Shown here: piece by piece, positions 25,047 to 38,400 of the stretch
Numbering within the stretch: position 1 is the stretch's first letter
Layout of the letters: each line of letters begins with the position of its first letter
The notes under the pieces: generated by a model
Seen by the model: the letters and a program-made list of their open reading frames with translations, nothing else
The model's database searches: none
Told to the model about the DNA's origin: nothing
NCBI RefSeq assembly: GCF_964204645.1
Contig: NC_134028.1
Location: 15,321,653 to 15,385,652, forward strand
DNA from: Tubulanus polymorphus
Taxonomy: Eukaryota > Animalia > Nemertea
DNA: 64,000 nucleotides
Direction: 5' to 3'
Program-made: the position numbers and the translations under genes

Positions 25047-25253
25047 TTAAAATTGGCCCAATAGTTGAATGTACAAATCGTAGGCTTCATCAGCAGACTG
25101 CGGCAGTGAAAATCCATTAACAGCCATGATGTTGTCACACAATGTTGGAAAGTCAGGTTCACTGCTACCACGATCGTTTGGCTGTTTGCAGAATTCAGCT
25201 TGAACATCGATGACGTCTTCATAATTGATTTCAATTTTATGATCAGTAGTACC
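25047..25253 (-). pseudogene. Last exon of a gene convergent on the HECT gene; resembles C-termini of IS3EU-like integrase-core transposases
   Basis: GTTDHKIEI...FPTLCDNIM...LPQSADEAYDLYIQLL*; AG acceptor near 25254; family assignment from remembered pattern only. Confidence 0.45.
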
Positions 25254-25314
25254 TAAAATGGAATTGAGATTCAAAACAAAAGTAATTGTTATCACAAAAT
25301 ATCTGTGAGCTGCT

Positions 25315-25723
25315 AGTAATAGGGGTTTAGTTGTTCTAGGCCAAAGGTCGAACGGTCGAGCTCATTAAAAAACAAATATTAAAAGTAATTTAAAACTATA
25401 ATACATTTTCATAGCCGTGTGTATTTTATATTATAACTAAATATTTATTCTAAGATATTAATAATTTAAATTCTAAAAGCATATTGTATTAAATCAATTG
25501 GTCGCTCCGCTTCGCTAAAGCTCCGCTCCGCGACCAATTGATTTATTTACAATACACAAATTCATACAATCAAATATATTCAAATAATAATAATTATTCT
25601 ATTATTTAACTAAAATACACACGACTATGAAAATATATTATAGTTTTAAATTACTTTTAATATTTGTTTTTAATGAACTCGACCATTCAACCTTTAACCT
25701 AGAACAACTAAACCCCTATTACT
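25315..25723 (-). repeat. 409-bp imperfect terminal palindrome within left TIR of Polinton B
   Basis: AGTAATAGGGGTTTAGTTGTTCTAGG ... CCTAGAACAACTAAACCCCTATTACT; apex GGTCGCTCCGCTTCGCTAAAGCTCCGCTCCGCGACC. Confidence 0.95.
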
Positions 25724-25985
25724 CTTAAAATATTCATATACATGGATAAAATATAAATGAATAACATATATAAGTAATTAGAAAAGTAGGCTTTCAAGCC
25801 AGAGTACGAGAGTACGAGCTCTTATAGAATAGATATATAGATATATTTTAAACATTATTTCAATATTTATATTTGTATGAGTTAGATTTTTAAACATTAA
25901 AAGTGTTAGTAAAGTGTGATTAAAATAATTCATATATAAATCATTGAACTTCTAAAATCAATTTTAAAAAAAATTTAGTATTAAA

Positions 25986-26370
25986 ATGGAAGCAAATAAG
26001 TACTACTGTCCAACATGTAAAATCAATACAGATAAATCCCAAAAAGCAAGACACAATAAAACTAAAACACATTTAGAGAATAAATTGAAACTAGAATATA
26101 AAGATGATATATTAGAAACTAAATTAGATGAATTAAAGAATGAAAAAGAAACATATAAATGTGATACGTGTAATCAATCATTCAGTGATAAAAGATATTA
26201 TAAAGAACATTTAAAATCTAAAAGTCATATAGGAAATATGAATAATGATATTTTAGTTGAGGATTATTTTGATAATGATAACGATAAGAAACATAACACA
26301 ATTAAAAGAATAAGAAATAAATTAAACAATAAAAGACCATACATGGAAGATGTAAGAAACTATATTAATT
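25986..26370 (+). pseudogene. N-terminus of Zn-finger-pPolB of copy B, cut by P-like element
   Basis: MEANKYYCPTC...RPYMEDVRNYIN, then element TIR. Confidence 0.88.
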
Positions 26371-27315
26371 CACAGGCACTTGAATATGGGCTTTGATAAT
26401 GGATAAATATTTGATAATTTACCAGCGATACGTTAATCCTACTTTAATAGATCCGCCATGTTTTATAATAAATTTACCCATGATGCAACGCGCGCCGGTC
26501 GTTTAGCTATACTATACAGAAAGGCTGGAAACGATCCTATCTCCGTAATGCTTAAATCTACCCGCAGTTATCGGGACAGCGGTGACGTCACAACCAACCG
26601 AAGAGCGGTCGGAAATTTCCGACGTGGCCTTCGCGAAGTTCCGAAGGGACGCCCTCTGGTAGTCGTATTTTTCACTCCTCAAGGTTGAAACCGGGAAATT
26701 AGAAATTCGAGCGTTTGTGATCGTGAACCGTGAAGCCAGTGCCAGTGCCCATTTTTCTGGACTATGATTGCCTCGGGGATTAGAGAGAGCAGTGCTGTGT
26801 ATCCTCGTCAACGTAAGAAGTTCATTTTCCTCAAAAACAATGCAAGAATTGCATGATTCGAATAAAATTACAAGAAAATACCACCGATGATCAACATTTT
26901 TAATTTCATCACACAACTTAACTTACAAATAAAAGTGTCACTGATTAAAAATTCATCAATCTATGAATCTTCATAATAAATATTGCAAGCTCTCTTGCAA
27001 CTTAGAATTCTTTACATTTAAATAAATCATATTTTCTTTTTTCATCAATAAATTACTTCTGTTTTTTACACAAACTTTTGTAAAAGGCTTTATAAAATTA
27101 AAACGAAAACAGTAACACCTCCTTTTATTCTTATTCTTAAACTAAACCCTGTTATAACATATATCACTATAGCCAATATCACTTCTCTCCCTACATAAAA
27201 TCAAAATTTAAAATATCACTACAATTTCTTTAAACGCGGACAAATCAATCAACAGCCTGTTAACATAGGCCTAACCATTCACCATCTGAAGGGCAGCCTG
27301 TTGTCTGAAAACTTC

Positions 27316-27443
27316 GGGACGGTTGTTCAAAAGTTGGTTAGAGTTAACCTGTGGATAGTTGCTATGGTGACAATTGAAATTTCATTGTTACTATGGTATT
27401 TATCCACCGATTATCTTTAACCAACTTTTGAGCAACTGGCCCC
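27316..27443. mobile_element. Palindromic MITE in transposase intron
   Basis: GGTTGTTCAAAAGTTGGTTA ... TAACCAACTTTTGAGCAACT inverted arms. Confidence 0.6.
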
Positions 27444-27494
27444 TGACTTTTAAACATGTTTTACTGAATACATCACTGTCTCTTCTTTCCTCAG

Positions 27495-30400
27495 GTTTGC
27501 GTCGGCATTATTCCAACAACACTGAAAAAGATGGCAAAATTGTTAGAAGAAAATCTAGTCGAATGGTGGGTAGAATGAGGTATTGAGATATGATTGAGAA
27601 TGAAACCTGCATAAAACAATGATAACTTAATTTCAGGTTGAATACACATTACGAGATGGCGAGCGATTGTACATATACAACCCAGGAGAGCATTCTAAAA
27701 GAACTCGATAACTTTCAATTTTCGATCAATTCAGCGTATTTAACGATACTTATAAAACGTACTTTCGGAGGTATCGATGCAAAACGAAAGCGGATAAATG
27801 ATAAAAGAACTATTTGTTATACCGGTCTCCGTAAGCGAATTACAACAGAAGCGCGTCTTTTTGATAACAATTTCATATTGCCTGATGGTTTCACCGTTAC
27901 CAATAGAAACAAACAGGACGTTACACTAGGATGCATCGACAACTTGATTATGAACTCACAACGCGTAGTTAAAGAAATTCAAATATCAAACGGTTCCATT
28001 GTAGACGTTCGCATAATGGGGACTTCGGTAATACAGAAAATGAAAATGGTTAAAGATATTTACACGAATCTGTGTTTCGTGAAAAATCTCCAAGTGGGCT
28101 TTGCTCCTGTTTGCGAAAACTGTGGAATCGACAGCAATTTGGATTTAGTTAACTTACATGATGAAAATACTGCGTTGATACGTTATCGTTCGGAACAGTG
28201 CCACATAGTCGCAGACCACAAAAAACTTGCGTGTTCGTCGTGCTGTAACCGCCAGTTAAAAATACATTCTAACTGCAAAAATAATGAATTCGTTAATGTA
28301 TCGGAGGAAGATCACATCTGTTTGGATGAACTTTTAAAGCGTTATACGGACGAGTTACAACACTCCTCTGAAGAATATATACACTTACTACAGATTCAAA
28401 ATGCACAGCTACAGAAGACAGATAAACGACAGTACAGATGGCACCCTAAGTAAGTCAACTTTGCGATTTTCTTTTCTTTCGTGTGTCCTAGGAAGAAAAT
28501 TTTCATTCAGCATTTAAAACTTATCTAATTCTTTCTATTCAAGGATGATATCGATTTGTCTACGTCTCTTCTGCAAGTCGCCGAAATCATATTATGAATT
28601 AAAAGCATCAAATATGTTGGTACTACCATCTGGGCGACTCCTACGCTATTATAAATCACACGTTGCAAACGAATCCGGTTTTCAGCGTGAAACATTCGAA
28701 TGGATGAAACGTGAAGCGGACAGAATTAATTTATCCGAACACGGAAGAGTAGGAGGTCTAATCTTTGACGAAATGTCCATACAGGTAGAATGACTATACA
28801 TCTACTTCTGTTGGCACTCTTCCAATATCATAGCATATCACATTATCTGCATGAAATTTCTTTTAAATTAACAGGAGGACCTTCAATTATCGTACAAGGG
28901 TGGAATCGCTAAATTGGTAGGATTCACTGACATCGGAGAACCTGGTAACAGCATGACAATCATATCAGACGGTGAGGATAATTCAAATCGATTGTAATTC
29001 TACCATCCAACCCGATGAACATTGAAGTACGAATTATGTTTTTTTTATCATTTGTAGGGAAACATGAACCGAAGCTGGCGAACCATGTCCTACAATTTAC
29101 CTTTCTTGGGAATACCGGCTTCAAATTTCCTATCGGAAGTTTCCCGACGAAGGACAACACATCAGCCGAGTTGTATTACCTTTTCTGGGACGGTGTCTCC
29201 ATGCTAAGAAACTACGGTTTCGAAGTAAGTACAAAATATTTCACCAGTCAGACAACCAACTGAAAAGAAAATTTCGATTAAATTTATCTTATCATTCACA
29301 GGTATCGTATACATCAATGGACGGAGCCAGTGTGAATCGTTCACTCATTCAAACGCTGGGAGGCACTAACTTCCACACGACAAACCTGTTTCGGAGGAGC
29401 AAGTCCATTGCACTGATAATGGATCCTTCTGTAAGTTCTTTCAATTAAGGCCCTTTTGGCTTGGTTTACGGGAATCGCCTCCCGAAATTTGAAGAAAAGT
29501 CAAATAAAATGATTTTTTTATTTCCTCCTCCAAAATGATATTCTAATAGGTCTACCCCGTAAACCAAGCTATTAAAAAAGGCCTAAGCTCAATACATCTG
29601 TATTCCAAGCGGTAACTACCATATTATTAACTATATTTCAGCACTTGATTAAAAAGTTGAGAAACAATGTATTAAATTCGGGCGATCGTCAATGGCAGAA
29701 GAGATATTTGCTCAACAACGGAAAAGAAATAATATGGCAATTTTGGGAATCAGCGTATTCGTGGGATACGAAACACAGTTTGCCGATCCATCGTTTTCTA
29801 ACGGATAACCATATTAACCCAAATAATTTGGAAAAGATGAGAAACGGTTTGGCAGAACAGGTTTTGAACAAGGATATGCTTCATCTGATGAAGGTACTAG
29901 CATGCGTTGTCAGAGGGCATTTTTGTCCCCATTTCTGCAACTTTCTTGACCTACAAAATATTGATTTCCTTTTACAGACATTTCAAAAGTCACTTACCGC
30001 GAAAGAGGGAGCCAAATTGGACGGAACCATCGAATTCATCGAAAACACATCGGAAATCGTCGATGTATTCAGAGACAGACGGCCGATACGGGAACTGACT
30101 GATCCGCGACTAAAAAGATTAGAAAATGTTTCTACATATTTCACTGAATGGGGCGAACTTGTCGAGGACAAAAAAAGGAAATTGTCTGATAAAACTCAGT
30201 ATGATATAAAAAGCTGTTTAAATGGATTCAAACACTTGTGCGAATCAACATTAACTCAACCTGAAGCCTCAATTCAGCCATGTTTGATCAACAGTGATGT
30301 GGCTGAGAATTGGTTTTGTCAACAGCGATCGATATTTCATGGAGCCAACGACAACCCAAATTATTCCCAATACTGTGCAGCAACCACATCAATTATCATT

Positions 30401-30517
30401 TCAAACCCTACCATTTCAAAGAAATCTAATGCATTTACAAATTCATCAAATAATTACCCTCCACCAGTTAAAGAATGTAATCGTTCATTAAACCCATGCA
30501 AGAAAATTAGAATTTGA
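27495..30517 (+). CDS. P-element/THAP9-like transposase, multi-exon, with N-terminal RFX-like winged-helix region
   Basis: SPKSYYELK...LPSGRLLR, GGLIFDEMSIQ, SMDGASVNR, MDPSHLIKKLRNN, EKMRNGLAEQVL, INSDVAENWFCQQR; GT-AG introns; 5' exon uncertain. Confidence 0.88.
29445..29586. mobile_element. Small TTAA-associated MITE in transposase intron
   Basis: TTAAGGCC...GCTTGGTTTACGGG / CCCGTAAACCAAGC...GGCCTAA. Confidence 0.55.
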
Positions 30518-30773
30518 TGTATCAATAAAAACGATACTGTGCCACATGTTATTTACCTGATTGTGTCTGTATTTTTACCAGTACTGTTCATCGTAAATCT
30601 GTCCACTGTTTCACTGAGAAAGAATAGGTTACTTATTTCTTTATATGTTATATATGTAGAAATATATCAAAGTGAGAAATTATGTACTTACTCATAATTT
30701 TTGGTCGCATATTAGTTCTCACCTAAAGTCGGCTGAGTCCATGGACTATCCAGTTGGTCATTTACATTTGTTT

Positions 30774-33700
30774 TCATTTCAAACAAATTCCACAGAGCCA
30801 ATCAGAGGTATCTAGGGTATAATGGGCCCACTTGGCAGACCCTACAACCATTCCAGTACAGGAAGGATTTATCCATTTCAGACATTTTGAACATTCAAGC
30901 CAATGGTCTGACTCTGGATCATCTTCAGACCATGCTTTACTACATAAAGGACACATGTAACTTGGAGACCGTCTGGACTTTTTCTTAAGAACTTTTGGCA
31001 TGATTTTCGTTTTTTGTCTCACAATTTTCCTCCGTTTAATATTACTACAAACTGACGCCGTAGATGTATGGGTATTCACAGAACAGTCAAGTTCTGACAA
31101 AATATTATCTAAAACATCTTTTGAAACAGGAAAATTCGAATCCGAACCACATACATCCTCAAAATTAACCGGGCAATCAAATGCCGGAATAACTGAACTG
31201 GGAACATCAACCCAACTGGGGACATTAACCCTTGCATTGCTACAAATAGGTGCATTCAATACACCCGATGAACAGGTCGGAATAACTGAACTGGGAACAT
31301 CAACCCGACTGGGGACATTAACCCTAGCATGGCTAATAGGAGCTTTCAATACACCCGATGAACAAGTCGGAATAACTGAACTGGGAACATCAACCCGACT
31401 GGGGACATTAACCCTTGCATGGCTAATAGGAGCATTCAATACACCCGATGAACAGGTCGGAATAACTGAACCGGGAACATCAATCCGTGCATTGCAATGT
31501 GAAGTTACAGTTCCACACAAACCAGATAATCTTTCAGGGCAGTACATTTCACTTGATGATACTATACCGTCAATTAATACATTATTTAATTGTGACTTGT
31601 TCCACTTTTTCGAAAATTTTATCTTGCAAGATTCAGCTAATAGCATTAAATCTGCCTTCGAAAATCCAATAAATGGGACGGCATGGTCAGATACATGGTT
31701 TTGTAAAATTGGGTGGATTGCGGGCTTATGCTGTTTTATAAGTCCCATACTCATATCAGAGTTTTTTCTCGATTGTTTTATTTTAATTTGGCGACGATGA
31801 GCATCAGTTTTTTGTTTTCCAAAATTCGCAAGCATTTTTTTTCGGAATTGCGCATTAGTGACTCTTAGATACCGTTTAATTACATCATTAAATAAGTCAA
31901 TGAATGCTGTAGAAATTGAAACCATTCCATTCACCAATACTCGCATATCATCGGTTTCCGAGAGAAAATCTGATACTTGAAAAATATCAACCCATCGGGA
32001 CCTTAAGTCTTGGTTATACATAACATGTTCTAAAATATCCTGACATGTATAAACAGTTACAGCGGATTCATCATTCTGAAATTGCAGACGGAGTTGTTCA
32101 ACATTTTGAAAGAACAAAAAACAAGCATCCGAGATATTAGTAAGCCCTTCAAAAATATTCTGACGTCTCAAAGTTTTTTCGAGGGTTTCTGGAAAACTAC
32201 AACTTTGTAAAAGTTCACTTTGAGAAGTAGTCAGTGATTCTAGAATGTCCTTCTTAAGTTTAGCACCGAAAAATTGAGGCGATGCTACATCTTCAGATCT
32301 TAAACAGCGTTTGTATCTCTTAATGTTCTTCATAATACAGATCGAACTTTACCGAGCATACTTGACTTTATTTCAGAAGACACTGATGCTGGAATTGGTA
32401 CAGACAAAACTATCGCTAGTGCTTTACTTTCAAGAAATGAAGAATTTAACTCGACAAAAATAATGAGGAACAAACAGAATACTGATCATCGGATATAACA
32501 CTACGTTGTGTAAGCAACTGACAGGCTAACTGATCAAAATCACTGCTTAAAAGAAACGATTGCACACATTTATTATACGCATTCCAATGTTTGGTAGTTG
32601 GTTTCTCTACTGTGATATGTGAAGAATAGAACATTTCAAGAAATGACCACATTTTCAAACAAACATTTAACAAATTTTCTTTCTTTCCCAAAATCTGTTC
32701 GCAAATAATATTACAACTAGTTTGGTATGGTATGGACGGATTATGAACTAAAAGTTTATGAATAATACTGATGGGATCTATCCAATCGGGTAAAGAAACA
32801 TTTTCGGTACTATTGTTTGGCAATGAAGGCACATCATTATCTAGCACAAAATCTAAAACTAAATTGAGTTCTCTCAATTCATCCTCTTCATCATCAATGT
32901 CTACACATAAATCAGTAGTGCATTCATGAGAACTACTAACAAAACAACATGTCAAATCGGAACTGAATCTGTTGGAATCAATTGATGAATAGAACGTTTC
33001 TATATCTGGACTAGGAGGAATACAGTTTCGCATGGAGAAATTTCTCAGAAAGAGAGTTTCTGGACTGGGAACTCGACTAATAGCAACGCCTAGTTGGCCA
33101 CGCTGTCCAAAGTCATACCTTGACAACGATGGACGGTTAACGCAAATGCAAGACGCAAAGGAATCTGATGCCTAAAAGCAACTGTTTTATTCTCTATGCA
33201 AGAAAACTTAGAGAAATTGTAATACCCAATATCATAAGATATATCAACTGAAGGAAAACTAACAACTACAGAATGATCCTTCAATAAAACCACAGTTCCA
33301 AGTAATCCATTCACCAATAAAGACGAGAGATTCTTGATCAAAATAACAGGGCAGCCAACTTTCAAATATAGATTTTGAACAGCTGAAAGTGAATTGATGG
33401 CTGAAAGTGAACCAAATTCATTGGATGACTTGTAGATTTTAATTTCTCCAGGTAATGAATCTAATTGAATTCTGTTTCTTATTTCAACATCAAAATTATT
33501 AGGAAAAAGATAAATTGGATTCAAATTTGATGGCAACGGTTTATTCAATGATTCCAAATACTTCAATGACTTATCAGCAACATTACCCCTGGAAACCGCA
33601 TTGATCGCTTCAATAAAAGCAATATCACTTTGACGAACTACTTGCTCCAAAATACATACATGATGGAATTTGAAAACATCACTCATAAAACAGTATTGAC

Positions 33701-34187
33701 CGTCATCGTAACAGGATGGATTTGGAACAGGTGGGAGCTGAAAGAAGTCACCACTAAGAATAACTTGCAATCCTCCAAAATTACTATCATTATTACGAAC
33801 TAACCGACAAACATACTCCACCTGTTCGAAAACATGCCGGGAAATCATCGAGATTTCATCAATGATCAAAACCTCTGTCTCAGATATGGCAGACTTTACA
33901 TTGGAGAATGAAGAATCATGTAAAAACCGATGAGATAATTCAGATTTCGAATATCTACCATCTTGAATACCACTCCAACTATGTAAAGTCTTTGCATTCA
34001 TATTGCTTAGCTGGAGGCATGCTATGCCAGTACTCGCACAAACTGATACCACCTTACCATTTCTACCCATGGTTTTATATATATGGTGCAAACAAAACGA
34101 CTTGCCAGTACCTGCTTGACCAAGAATACACAGGCTATGGCCAGCGGTCGCTAAGGAAATGATGTTTGATTGTTGTTGATTAAGCAT
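30774..34187 (-). pseudogene. Pif1-family SF1B helicase fused to long C-terminal region ending in a PHD finger; two frame breaks
   Basis: GQAGTGKS, ASTGIA, TLHSWSG, IIDEISM, FGGLQVILSGDFFQLPPV, VRQSD, LVNGLLG, QIPLRLAFALTVHRCQGMTL, GQLGVAISRV; C-terminal CPLC...WLECSKC.KW...C...WLCGIC. Confidence 0.9.
31186..31490 (-). repeat. 90-93-bp coding tandem repeats
   Basis: VDVPSSVIPTCSSGVLNAPISHARVNVPSR units, about 3.3 copies. Confidence 0.9.
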
Positions 34188-35470
34188 ATTTCAGCAATTT
34201 CTCATATGGAAACGAGAAACAGCATTAACGAGTCAATGTTTTTAAAAACCAATAAAGCACATGGCCAAATCTCAAATATGGAAAAGTGAATGCAATAACA
34301 GCAAGTACACAGACCAAGCCTTCTGTGGAGAGATCACAAGCCCATTACAAGCCCAGTGCGGTAAAACATTAACACACCTTGCAAAATCCCAAAAACGGAA
34401 AAGTGAATGCAATAACAGCAACTGCCTGTGACCTAGTCAACAATGGCTAGCTCACAAGCCCATTCTCATGAACAACGTAATGAATTGTTTAAAACACTAT
34501 AAACCTGGCCAAACCTCACTAACAGATAAGTAAATGCACTTAAAACACTATTAAAAGACTACCCCACCCAGTCTAAATGGGCACGGCGAAACTTTAGAAA
34601 AGTTGGATATGAAACCAATTCAGAAAATGGTCAATGCAAGAAAAACCAAACTAAACTTGATAAGAACTCGGCAAAAAAGATGTGGGTCCATCGTACTATA
34701 AGGCAAGCTCAAACCAGCAGAATCAGCGTTTTAATACAATACAACGAACGTCAACAGGCGGCCAGAACAGTCGAACATTTGTGGAAAGTATCAGCAAGTA
34801 TCAACCGAATTCAGGAAATGGGCATATAACTACTGGAATGTGAGAGAATCAAAATTATGAATTATTTCTTCAAACTAAAGGACTATTAGTATTACGGACA
34901 ATCGAATCCCTCGCTCGTATCGTATACTGCTGGCTCGGTGGTAGTTAGTACGTCGTACTGCTCTCAACTACTAGTTTTCACGGCACCCCCCTCCACCCCA
35001 TGATAAAAATAAATGGGAAAATAAACAACTAGGCAAGTCAGCAGCAATAAATACGTGTACTTTCCTTTCAAAGGCCTTCAAACATGCGTAAAAGCAGTAA
35101 AATTACGAGGTAAAACATCCTAGCTGTGTTCCCAATCAGCGCGCCATATTTCCTGTAATTACGCGCAATTCGAGTCGAAGAGACCCAATGTGGTCCGAAC
35201 AATCCCGAAGTCGCAATCGGACATCATCGACATGGCTCTTCGGTTGGTTGTGACGTCACCGCTGTCCCGATAACTGCGGGTAGATTTAAGCATTACGGAG
35301 ATAGGATCGTTTCCAGCCTTTCTGTATAGTATAGCTAAACGACCGGCGCGCGTTGCATCATGGGTAAATTTATTATAAAACATGGCGGATCTATTAAAGT
35401 AGGATTAACGTATCGCTGGTAAATTATCAAATATTTATCCATTATCAAAGCCCATATTCAAGTGCCTGTG

Positions 35471-38400
35471 ATTAATTCATTAGATAATAAAAAAGATATA
35501 GAGATAACCGAAGCATTTAAAAGTGATATTGGTCCAGCAGCTATCGAGTTTAAATTTCATAAAGGAAAAACATTAGAAGAAAATAAAAAACATTTAGAAA
35601 ATATGAAAAATATTATAAAAATAATAACTGATGTTGAATATCCTGAAATAAGTATATCTTCTAAAGTTAAATTCATAAAATCTGAAGATAAACCAATATA
35701 TAATATAAATTCTCATTCACAACATATTATATCTTAACAACATATAGATGAAAAATCAGATAAATGTTATAATGAAGTAAAAACTAAAATAGAAGAGAAA
35801 TATTTTGAAGGATCTGGTTTAATATTTGATGAAATAATATTTATGACTTTACATGATTATAACACAAAATATAATAAGTTAACTAAATCAAAACCAATTG
35901 ATGAAAATAATTTATCATATTATAAAGAACCAGATATTGAAGCATCGAGTAATATCAAATTACCATTTAAAACTAATGCTGTTATAAATGTACAAAATGA
36001 AGATGATAAATGTTTTCTATGGGCAATAATTAGTTGTTTACACCCAGTAGAAGATTTTAATAAACATACTTATAGATTAACACATTATAAACCATTTGAA
36101 AATAATTATAAGATAGATAATTATCCTGTTAGAATTAAAAATATCCCAAAAATAGAAAGAGATAATAATTTAAGAATAAATGTATTTGATTTAATCAAAT
36201 TGCCAAATGCAAAAGGTAACAATATAAAACATTATACATTAGAACCTTAATATCTATCAAAAGATTATGATTCAAACGATGTTATAGATATATTATATTA
36301 TGAGAATCATTATATGTGGATTAAAAGAATTGATTTATTTTTTAAATCAGAAAATGATTTTGATAATAAAATATATGTAGAAAATATATGTAGAAAATGT
36401 TTACATAATTCAGAACTGAAAGTGCATTATTAAATCATAAACAATTATGTAAAAATCATGATTATTGTAAATTAGTTTTACCAAATGAAAAGGATAAAAT
36501 ATTAGAATTCAAAAAATATGATTACAAAAATAAAGTACCATTTGTAATATATGGAGATTTTGAATCATTAAATAAAGAATTAACTGATCAAGATAGAAAA
36601 GAAATATATTATAAAAGAAAGAAATTAAATTCTTATGAAAATGATTTTTCAGATGAACCCCCAAAAACAAATACAATTAAAAAGATTCATGAATCAGCTG
36701 CAGCTTTCGGGTTATATATTAAATCTGATTACCCAGAACTAATTAAAAGTGAGTATTATCATTATAGAAATGAAAATGTTATCAATCATTTTTGTGACTT
36801 ATGAATTGAATATGAAATAAAATTTAATGAAACGTTAAATAAAAATATAGAAATTATAATGACAGAAGAAGATAAAGAAGCATTTGAGTTTGCAGATAAA
36901 TGTTAATATTGTGAAAAGATATTTAATTATAAAGAAAAAAAGTAAGAGACCATGATCATTTGAACGGAAAGTTTAGAGGCGCTGCGCATGAAAATTGTAA
37001 CTTACACGCTAAGAAAATTAACTTTGTACCAGTTATATTTCATAATCTATCAGGATATGATGCTCATTTATTTATCAAACAGCTATGTTATAAAGTAGAA
37101 GAAATCAATAAGGTAATAGAAAGATTAAATTCAAATAGATCAAAAGATAAAATACCAACTTATAAATTTAAAATGTTAGCTAGAACATCTGAGAATTATA
37201 TATCATTCCCATTTGGTTGCCTAAGATTTATAGATTCATATAGATTTTTAAATAGTTCATTAGATAATTTATCAAAATCAGTAGTTGATGATGAATTAAA
37301 AATATTAAAACAACTTTATCCAAATAATGATGATTTCCAATTAATGAGATATAAAGGAGCGATTCCATATTCTTTCTATAAAAATCATAATGATTTTAAC
37401 ATAACTGAATTATTGAAAGAACAATTCTATGATGAATTAAAAGATGAATATGTTAAAGATGAAGTATATAATAGAACATTGAATATTTGGAATCATTTCA
37501 AAATAGAAAATCATGGACAATTAGTAGATTTATATTTAAAATCAGATGTATTATTATTATCGGATATATTCGAAAGGTTTAGAGATGTAAACCTAAAATA
37601 TTTTAATATTGATCCTTGTCATTGTTATTCTAGTCCAGGTTTAACATGGGATTGTGGATTAAAATTTACGGATATAAAAATGGATTTGTTAACAAATATA
37701 GATCAATTATTATTATTTGAAAAATCTATAAGCGGAGGAGTTTCAGGTGTATTAGGTGATAGATATTTCAATGTAAATGATAACCCTGGATATAAATTAT
37801 TATATATAGATGCAAATAATTTGCATGGTTGGGCAATGATGGAACCATAACTTTATGGAGTATTTAAAATAAGTGAAGTTTTTCAACATGAAAATAATGA
37901 CAAATTTGATTGGAAGAAAAGAATTCTAGATATTTCAGATGATTCAGAGGCTGGTTACTTCTTTGTTGTAGATTTAGAATATCCTGAACATATTAAATTT
38001 AAATCTAGAAATCTAGCATACTGTCCCGAACATAAAACTGTAACTCATGAAGAATTATCAAATTATCAAAAAAGAATTAAACCCGAAAATCATATTCATA
38101 CAGAAAAGTTAATGGTAACTCAAGAAGATAAATATAATTATGTAGTACATTATAGAATGTTAAAGTTTTATCTAAAACAAGGAATGATCCTAAAAAAAGT
38201 ACATAGATATATTTCATTTAGTCAATCTAAGTGGTTGGAAAAATATATAGATTTTAACACCAAACAGAGAACTGAAGCTAAAACTCATCTCGAGAAAGAT
38301 TTCTTCAAGTTAATGAATAATGCATTCTATGGTAAGACTTTTAAAATTATGGTAAATATTAGAAATAGAAATGATATTGAGTTAGTTAGTAATGGAAAAA

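Larger units (their letters stand above)
26371..35470 (+). mobile_element. P-superfamily DNA transposon, 9.1 kb, two convergent genes
   Basis: 236-bp TIRs (26371-26606 / 35235-35470) starting CACAGGCACT; 7-bp TSD ATTAATT; removal restores pPolB YINSLDN. Confidence 0.92.

Noticed and set aside
25500-25545. AAV-like GCTC Rep-binding repeats at the hairpin apex
   Set aside because: Spacing is GCTCC/GCTTC 5-mers, no Rep/HUH gene is present, and the purine-zipper fold on the other strand explains the pattern better
26458-26688. Twin ORFs 26458-26688 and 35159-35383
   Set aside because: Their identity simply reflects the 236-bp TIR; no coding evidence
30774-34187. Helitron suggested by the Pif1 helicase
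   Set aside because: No HUH Rep motifs or TC...CTRR ends; the gene sits inside TIRs with a TSD
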